A DNA stretch of 64,000 bases from Chrysomallon squamiferum. Lineage: Eukaryota > Animalia > Mollusca. The stretch lies in NCBI GenBank assembly GCA_012295275.1, contig CM022666.1:2604001-2668000 (forward strand), written 5' to 3'. How positions within the stretch are numbered: the first letter of the stretch is position 1; each line of letters starts with the position of its first letter. Below are positions 56,255-64,000 of the stretch, one piece after another. The position numbers were made by a program, and so were the translations under genes. A model generated the notes under the pieces. That model searched no databases. It had not been told where the DNA came from and saw nothing but the letters and a program-made list of their open reading frames with translations.

Positions 56255-56470
56255 TATATGAGGCGCAACAAAATAAAAAGGCGGAAAAAACATTACCGCA
56301 ACTAAACCGGAGGTGACGTCAGATGCACACGTGACGGTAAAATGACTGGATCAGAACTGAAAATGGACGCAGGGCGGGAACCAAGATAACTCTCCATGAT
56401 CGCTATACTCGCATTCTCTAGGTGGCCGTTTGGGACACATTTTCTGCAGACTGTAATTCTGGTCACTGCG
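56255..56470. promoter_or_regulatory. CpG-rich promoter-like island with CRE, E-box and E2F-like sites
   Basis: TGACGTCA 56314-56321, CACGTG 56328-56333, ggcggaaaa 56280-56288, gggcgggaa 56372-56380. Confidence 0.5.
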
Positions 56471-56579
56471 TGAAATATAGAAATTTATTTATAGTGGTTG
56501 CTGGATAAAACTGTTTATATCAACACAGTTTATTTATTTACTTATTAATGAAAATAATAGTGAAAAGTAAGTAACACAA

Positions 56580-56820
56580 AGTACTAAAGAAATATCTTAA
56601 GAAGGAATAAAAATTCGGTATATATTTGCTTAGATAAATAAATAAATAAATAAACAGCTAAAGTTAAGTTCGACTTTTATAGGAATAATGAAATTAATTG
56701 TTTTATGACAAATATTTAAGAGAATACATTTTCTTTTCATTAATATTTATTGCATTAATTTAGATTTTTGTATGCATAATATGAAGATACTAAATTAATT
56801 GATATTTACAGTTGCCTGTA
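56580..56820. repeat. Upstream block duplicated at ~60135-60352, marking the GS-like tandem duplication unit
   Basis: Shared aaattcggtatata, gttcgact, ttgttttatgacaaatatt.aagagaatacattttc and ttgatatttacagttgcc. Confidence 0.85.
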
Positions 56821-57430
56821 AGGAACAGAATGTACAATATGAAGGAGGATGTAGTCAAATTCTAAAAAATAAATAAATAATAAAATAAAACAAAATTTAA
56901 AAGGCTTCAGAAATAAGTGTTTGTGTATGTGTGTGTTGGTGCGTGTATGTTTGTGTGAAAGAGTAGCTATTTGTGTTCCTGTGTCTGGGCAAATTTTCAG
57001 TCTGCAAATGTTTCAGAGATGTTCATTTTATACATACAATAATGTGGAGTAGACACACTTCAGAAGGGTTCTCTGTTTGTTATGAAAGATAACTAATATT
57101 ACCTGCACTGATGGATTATAGTAGCAGGTATTTTATTCCGATTCTTACTACGTGATACCCAGAAATAAACAATTCATTATTGTACTTGTAAGTATACTAC
57201 ATATATTTATTTTGTCACGTGTTTTTGTATTTGATGGTGCAATGAAATACTGTTCTCAACGTATATAAAACTGGTAATAACAAAGTCCTAATACTGCAGC
57301 AACTCTAAACAAAAGTTATTTGCTAAATATTTATGTGTCACTTAGTCAGTAAGAAATAGTTATTTTGAAAACAGCACAGGTTACTTATCAAACTAAAGAA
57401 GTAGAAAATAACAGTTAACTAAATTTCGGT

Positions 57431-57499
57431 ATGAACAACATTAACCAGATTCGCAAATAACTCTCAAAATACCAATACGTTCAGTATACTTTTTTAAAC
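57431..57499 (+). pseudogene. Truncated 5' fragment of a GS-like/lengsin gene
   Basis: atgaacaacattaaccagattcgcaaaTAActctcaaaataccaatacgttcagtatact is homologous to exon 1 at 57948 and has a premature stop. TATA-like gtatataaaa at 57261. Confidence 0.8.
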
Positions 57500-57947
57500 A
57501 ATAATTCGGTTGTTCGTTTTTAAAATGAAAACGGCTTTTGAAAATAAGTCTATTAAGACTCAAACCAGTAAATGATTATGAACTTTTAACAATATATAAT
57601 ATGCAGCTGTTCAGTGGATGGTTACGCCTGAACCTAGACATTAATCTTGGACAATAAATACAGCTGCATATATAAGCAGTTTGCAATAAACCGTGTTAAT
57701 GAGTTCAGTTTTATTCCTAGACGTTTTTTCCTCGCTTGGCTAGTGCTACTGGTAACATCTCGTCAGAAATAGTTTTTACCGAAGATCAGCACAGTTAATT
57801 AAATTTCTGAATGGACAACGTTAACCAGATTCGCAAACAACTCTCAAAATACCAATACGTTTTATTCCTCGCTTGGCTAGTGCTACTGGTAACATCTCGT
57901 CAGAAATAGTTTTTACCAAACAGTAGCACAGTTAATTACATTTCTGT

Positions 57948-58114
57948 ATGGACAACGTTAACCAGATTCGCAAACAACTCTCAAAATATCAATATGTTCA
58001 ATATACGTTTTCTGACATAAACGGAACATCTCGTGGTAAGATCTTACCAATTCGAAACGCTGAGGAATTTGAGAAAGGGATAGAATTATATAGCGGTAAG
58101 TGTTTTTTTTTTAT

Positions 58115-58180
<66 letters not shown>

Positions 58181-59612
58181 GTTTTTGTTTGTTTTTAAAA
58201 ATAATTGTTTAGACAGACAAAAATACGTCCAACCTTTCATAAAAATAAATTCCTATTATTGAATTCAACCTCAAAACTGTAGCTTCTCACGTTCATACTA
58301 CCTATTATTTGACCAGACTAATATCCTTGAAATCGCAGTTAAAAAACAGCCACAAAAAAAAAAAAAAAAAAAAAAAAAATAATAATAATAATAATAACCA
58401 TAATTAGAATATATTAATATTTTTCATATATATAATGTTCATACTATATTACAGGTTCTTTGATGTGTTCCCACAGAAGAGATAAAAAACAATGGCTTCC
58501 CAAACATGGCTGTCATCCCAGATTTGGACACCCTACATCCGCTTCCTTGGGCTGGAAATGGAAAATTTAAAATTGCAGAATTCTACTGTGAAACCGAATG
58601 GATGCCAAATCTTAAATATCAGGAAGCTTGTCCCAGATATGTAGCGAAACAACAATCACAGAAACTGCAAGGCTTAGGTTATGAATTGTTCTCCGGATTT
58701 GAAATGGAATTTGTCTTGAGGCATCAACAATCAGAAAAGCCAGTATTTGAAAGTAATGGTTATTGTAAGAACAAGACCTTCAGACACGTTGAAGGGTTTC
58801 TCCTAGAACTGGATAACCTGTTACTGGAATCCGGTGTAGAAATTGGTGAGTTTTGTACAGAATACGGTCCTGGTATGATAGAGTGCGCGATGAAGCCTCA
58901 GTGGGGAATCAGAAGTCCAGACGCATCTTTTGGACTCGTCCAAGGACTGCTTGAAACAGCCGAACAACATGGCTTTGATGCATCTTTTATTTCGAAACAT
59001 AGTAAGACCGAAGGTGGCATTGGTTCGCATTTTAATCATTCTCTTTGGGAAAAAGAAACGAAAACCAATCTGTTTTATGATCCTTCCAAAGATGATTTCT
59101 TATCAGACATCGCCCGATTTTGGATTGGAGGACTCGTGAAACATGCCGATGCGCTAACAGCAATTTGTTGTCCAACAGTCAATTGTTATCGTCGTCTGTT
59201 TCAGCCTAGGGTACCTGGAAAGTGTTTCTGGGGCACTGACGATAGAAATGCAGCTTTTCGCATGAAAAATAGCGGAATGAAGCACACATATGTTGAAAAT
59301 CGAATTCCAAGTGGAAAATGTAATCCTTACCTGGTGTTTGCAGCAAACATTGCTGCAGGTATTGACGGCATCGTCAACAAGATAGAATGTCCACCTCGTA
59401 ATGATCCGTCTGCCTCGGATCTGCCCACTTCCCTGTCGTCTGCTTTGGACGCTTTGAAGAAAGATGACGTAATGGTGTCAGCACTGAGCCAGACATTTGT
59501 AGACTGGTTCGTGCAGCTGAAAACGGAAATGGAAATAAAACCTTTACGAGGAGAACACGCCCCGCAAGATGACGATGAAAGACTGAGAATGGAAAGAAAA
59601 ATGTATGAATAA
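57948..59612 (+). CDS. Lengsin-like / glutamine synthetase-family protein, copy 1 (20-bp deletion at the start of exon 2; intact only if a cryptic acceptor is used)
   Basis: Exon 1 57948-58095 (YVQYTFSDINGTSRGKILP). Exon 2 starts at 58455 (out of frame) or 58477 (in frame) and runs to 59612. GS motifs: SGFEMEF, TEYGPGMIE, GIGSHFNHSL, PTVNCYRRL, WGTDDRNAAFR, YVENRIPSGKCNPYL. Confidence 0.85.
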
Positions 59613-60428
59613 AGTGGAAAATTTTATAATTTTAATATATATATATATATTTTTAATTATTGTATTAGGACTGGGACAAATTCATGAGTTTTATCATTTT
59701 GTATCTTTATTTAAAACACTGAGATAAAAAAAGGAAAAATTTCATTTGTTTTGTAATTGCAAACTTTATTTCTATGCTTGCTGTGATAATAAAAACGTGA
59801 AAGGGAAATGGTAAAATAAAATATATTTGATCAACTTACAAAAAATATGTTTTGTTTAATGTAATGATTTGCGAAATAGTTTACACTAGTCATAGAGATA
59901 TATTTAAATCAAAATATTTTTGTGCGTTCTTAAAATGTCTCCCCTTCTCTCTCCCTGTCACTTTCAGTTTATGTTAAGCTCCTAATGATCCTAGTTGGCA
60001 TTTTGCTGTAGAATGTCCTTCTGTATACTGACTCACTCACTGCGACTTCGTTCACCTTTTCTTTATCTCTGTATCCTTCAGCGTATTGTTCCTTTCTTTC
60101 TTTTAGCTCGATGTTGAAACATAAATGGTGCCAAGTACTAAAGAAGTGACTTAAAAAGGAATACAAATTCGGTATATAATTTCTTAGGTTAATGAAGATC
60201 AGTTCGACTTCTGTTACAGAAATAATGAAACTGATTGTTTTATGACAAATATTAAAGAGAATACATTTTCCTTTCATTAATATTTAATGCATTAACTTTG
60301 ATTTTTGTATGTATGATATAAATATTATAAAATAGTTGATATTTACAGTTGCCGAGATTGGTAAAGTTCAGATAAATAACTAATAAAATAAAAAAAAATA
60401 AAAGCATTTGAAACAAGTGTCTGTATTT

Positions 60429-60516
<88 letters not shown>

Positions 60517-61450
60517 GCAATTGAATAAACAGCTATCTTTGTGTGTGTGTGTGTCCCCTGAAATAGACATGCACAAGTATTTAGAGCACTATAGACTAAT
60601 ATACATCTTCGATAAACTTGATTATAAATTACGTAGCTACAAAATAAGGAATATTTTTTATTTTAAGTAATAATAATAGAAAAAACAAAACAAAAAACCC
60701 CCCAAAAACCCTAATATTTATATAGCGCAGTTTACATTAATATTTCTCAATGGGACTGCTGAAGTGACAATAAAAATTTTAAATCTATAACACAGAAAAC
60801 TAAATACACTAAAATGAATACTTAAGACTGCTTGTAAGTATAATTTAAAAAGATACGTTTGGTAATTTTATATAAATCCACTGACATTTTGTCTTCTCTA
60901 AATGATGATGGTAAAATGGTCCAGATTCTAGGAGCATACAAATTATGACGAGAAAGCATATTAGTCTGTTTGGATGTGTAATTATAGATCTGAAGAACAC
61001 AAGGGGTGTTGAAGAACATAATCTACCAGGAGATCACCAATAAATTGCGACCCCTTATTGTTCAGAGCTAGTTTGAACACAAGTAGAAGCATCCTGAAAA
61101 CGATCCCTGACTTAACAGGGAACCATTGCCATCCTAGTGTACGTGTTTTCATCGCCTTGTTCCTGTAGTCAGATGGGACGCGTTATTTCACACTAGTTGC
61201 AGGCTCAACAGCAGCTGTGATGGTAGATTACACGGCTCGTTATTGCAGTAATATAGGCGTGAAGTTACCAGCGACTAAAACTGGAAACGACAGTCACATA
61301 AATTAAATATAATACTGAGTTTTCCCCTCAAGATATTCATCGCAAGTCCTGTGAATATATTAATATTGTATTAATTAACTTTACAGGTGATCAGTAACTT
61401 TTTCATACAGCTGGATTATTTGCAACGGTAAATAATAATAATAATAATAA

Positions 61451-61481
<31 letters not shown>

Positions 61482-61489
61482 AAGAAGAA

Positions 61490-61523
<34 letters not shown>

Positions 61524-62008
61524 TAAAATGCATCGTAAAACTCAAACCGGTTCGTCTATACGCCACAGTGAGCAAGCGCATTCACTAAAAGGTTATGATG
61601 TGTTAGCCGTAAACTATGCCTTTGACCTACTGACAGCAGGAAAAGTTAACGATCTAAATAGCTAGGTTTTTTTTAATTATTATTATTATTATTATAATTT
61701 CCTGAATGACCTATTTAAACAGCTAAAGCCCCGTATTTATCTTGTGATGACATAAGGAACTTAGAGATCGAACGTTTATACATTAGATTTATAATAAGCC
61801 AGCAATACAAATCTTAGAAGTATGTATGTATGTGATAAATATTCTTGTTCGTTGAAATTGTACATTCACATATAACTTTGCTAATATTTTGATAGCTACT
61901 AATAAAGTATAATAGTGAGTATAACAAGACGATAATCAAATGTCATATATCTTTGATCTTCGTTAAGATTCAATTGTATTTGAATTCTTTGTCGCTTACA
62001 CATCAGAA

Positions 62009-62102
<94 letters not shown>

Positions 62103-62804
62103 CCCAGGTTTATTTATCAAAATAAAGAAGATGTAGACGAAGAAAGAAGAAGATGACGATGATGAAACGTTAAAACAACCTAAGAATCAGTCTATAATAG
62201 CAAATCCAGCTCGTCTTCATGCCCATTGTGTTTTCATTGAGAACAAGGTTCACATCAATATATGTCACTAGTTTGGGTGCCCGCGTTATTGTCGTCGGTC
62301 AGCGACCTCTAGAAATCATTTTTGTCACGCATTAAGCTTTTGTTGTGTGCGACGAACATTCTGCAGATAGCGTGTATGCGTAGACGTGATTGGCGTTTAC
62401 ATCGAATTGGCCTTGACCTTTAAATATGTGTTTCGCTCCGGGGAGTGATCATTGCATACCAGCTACTACTAAAAAGTACTTCTGAAATTCCTACATTCAA
62501 GTCTTTATTATAATCATTATGTCGCTGCCAGAAAATTAAAACAGCGTAATTTTATTTATTTATTTATTTTTTTTTTTTTTCAAAATTATCGAATTATATT
62601 CAAAGAGAATAATGAACTTTTTAACATTATGAATTATAACTCTGTTTTTGTTGAATATATAATCAACCTCAAAGGATTCGGTTCAGTGAATACGCTTTTA
62701 AGCTTGGCCTAGAAATCTATTTGTCGTTTGACCTTGTGCTACTGGTAACATCTCGTCAGAAATAGTTTTTTTCTGAACAGCAGCACAGTTAATTACATTT
62801 CAAT

Positions 62805-64000
62805 ATGGACAAAGTTAACCAGATTCGCAAAGAACTATCAAAATTCCAATACATACAGTATACTTTTTCTGACATAAATGGAACATCTCGTGGTAAGATC
62901 TTACCAGTTCGAAACGCTGACGAATTTGAGAAAGGAATAGCAGTATATAGCGGTAAGTGGTGAAAAGTGAACAATCGTAAATAAAAATAAAAGATCGTTA
63001 ATGTTTTCTATAACTATATTGTATAATTGTTTGTTTCTAAAATAAATATGTAGAACGGTAATAAAAAATATGTAAATCCTATCATAAAAATAAATTACTG
63101 TTATTGAATTTAGCCTCGAAACTGCAGTTGGTCGAGTTCGTAGTTCCTTTTTTTTCAAGTTTTTTTTTTTTTGTTTTTTTTGATGAGATTAATATCCTTA
63201 AAATTGGAGTTAATAGGAAGCAAAAAAGAAAAAAAAAAAAAAAAAAAAGTAATAATAATAATAAAATAAAATAAAAGACATTAATCTATTTATTATATAT
63301 AAAGCTTATTTTATGTTCCAGGTTCTTTGATGTTTTCCCACAGAAGCGATTTGTCGTTTCCTGAAGAGATAAAAAACAGAGGCTTCCAAAACATGGCTGT
63401 CATCCCAGATTTGGACACCCTGCATCCGCTTCCTTGGGCTGGAAATGGAAAATTTAAAATTGCAGAATTCTACTGCGAAACCGCATGGATGCCAGAACTT
63501 AAGTATCAGGAAGCTTGTCCCAGATATGTAGCGAAACAACAATTACATAAACTGCAAGACTTAGGTTATGAATTGTTCTCCGGATTTGAAATGGAATTTG
63601 TCTTGAGGCATCAGCAGTCTGAAAAACCTGTATTTGAAGGTATTGATTATTGCATGAACAACACCTTCAGACACGTTGAAGGGTTTCTCCTAGAACTGGA
63701 TAACCTGTTACTGGAATCCGGTGTAGAAATTGGTGAATTGTATACAGAATACGGTCCTGGTATGATAGAATGTGCGATGAAGCCTCAGTGGGGAATCAGA
63801 AGTCCAGACGCATCTTTTGGACTCATCCAAGGACTGCTTGAAATAGCCGATCAACGTGGCTTTGATGTATCTTTTCTTTCGAAACATTGTAAGTCCGAAG
63901 TTGGCGTTGGTTCGCATTTTAGTCATTCTCTTTGGGAAAAAGAAACGAAAACCAATGTGTTTTATGATCCTTCCAAAGATGATTTCTTATCAGACATCGC
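62805..64000 (+). CDS. Lengsin-like / glutamine synthetase-family protein, copy 2 (runs off the window)
   Basis: Exon 1 62805-62952. Exon 2 starts at 63322 (GSLMFSHRSDLSFPEEIKNRGFQNMAVIPD...) and stays open to 64000. Highly similar to copy 1. Confidence 0.9.

Noticed and set aside
58506-59612. Recent bacterial horizontal transfer or contamination of glnA
   Set aside because: Both copies have a spliceosomal intron and host-like AT-rich flanks, and lengsin-like genes are known in animals. An ancient transfer cannot be tested without a phylogeny.

Overview
AT-rich, microsatellite-dense, intron-containing animal DNA. It is not prokaryotic; a mollusc/lophotrochozoan origin is my inference from gene and repeat style. 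Protein-coding genes, all on the + strand: (1) the 3' part of a type I membrane protein with an FN3 domain, a TM helix and a Tyr-rich tail (455-7854, possibly to ~10972); (2) a complete 12-exon E2F partner DP/TFDP1 gene (23515-40538, ~471 aa) with an N-terminal extension and a decayed Sola2-like transposase in intron 2; (3) a 4-exon DGAT2/MOGAT acyltransferase (49401-52659, 339 aa) preceded by a perfect DR1 nuclear-receptor site; (4) two tandem two-exon lengsin/glutamine-synthetase-like genes (57948-59612 and 62805 to beyond the window end), plus truncated extra 5' ends. Between genes 1 and 2 is a ~2.9 kb tandem duplication holding a Tigger/pogo remnant and a decayed, tentatively SGNH/PC-esterase-like coding sequence. 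Most notable: GS-like copy 1 has a 20-bp frameshifting deletion that a cryptic in-frame splice acceptor could rescue, and the GS-like proteins lack ammonium-site residues. No CRISPR array, rRNA or tRNA was found. All alignments and translations were done by eye.
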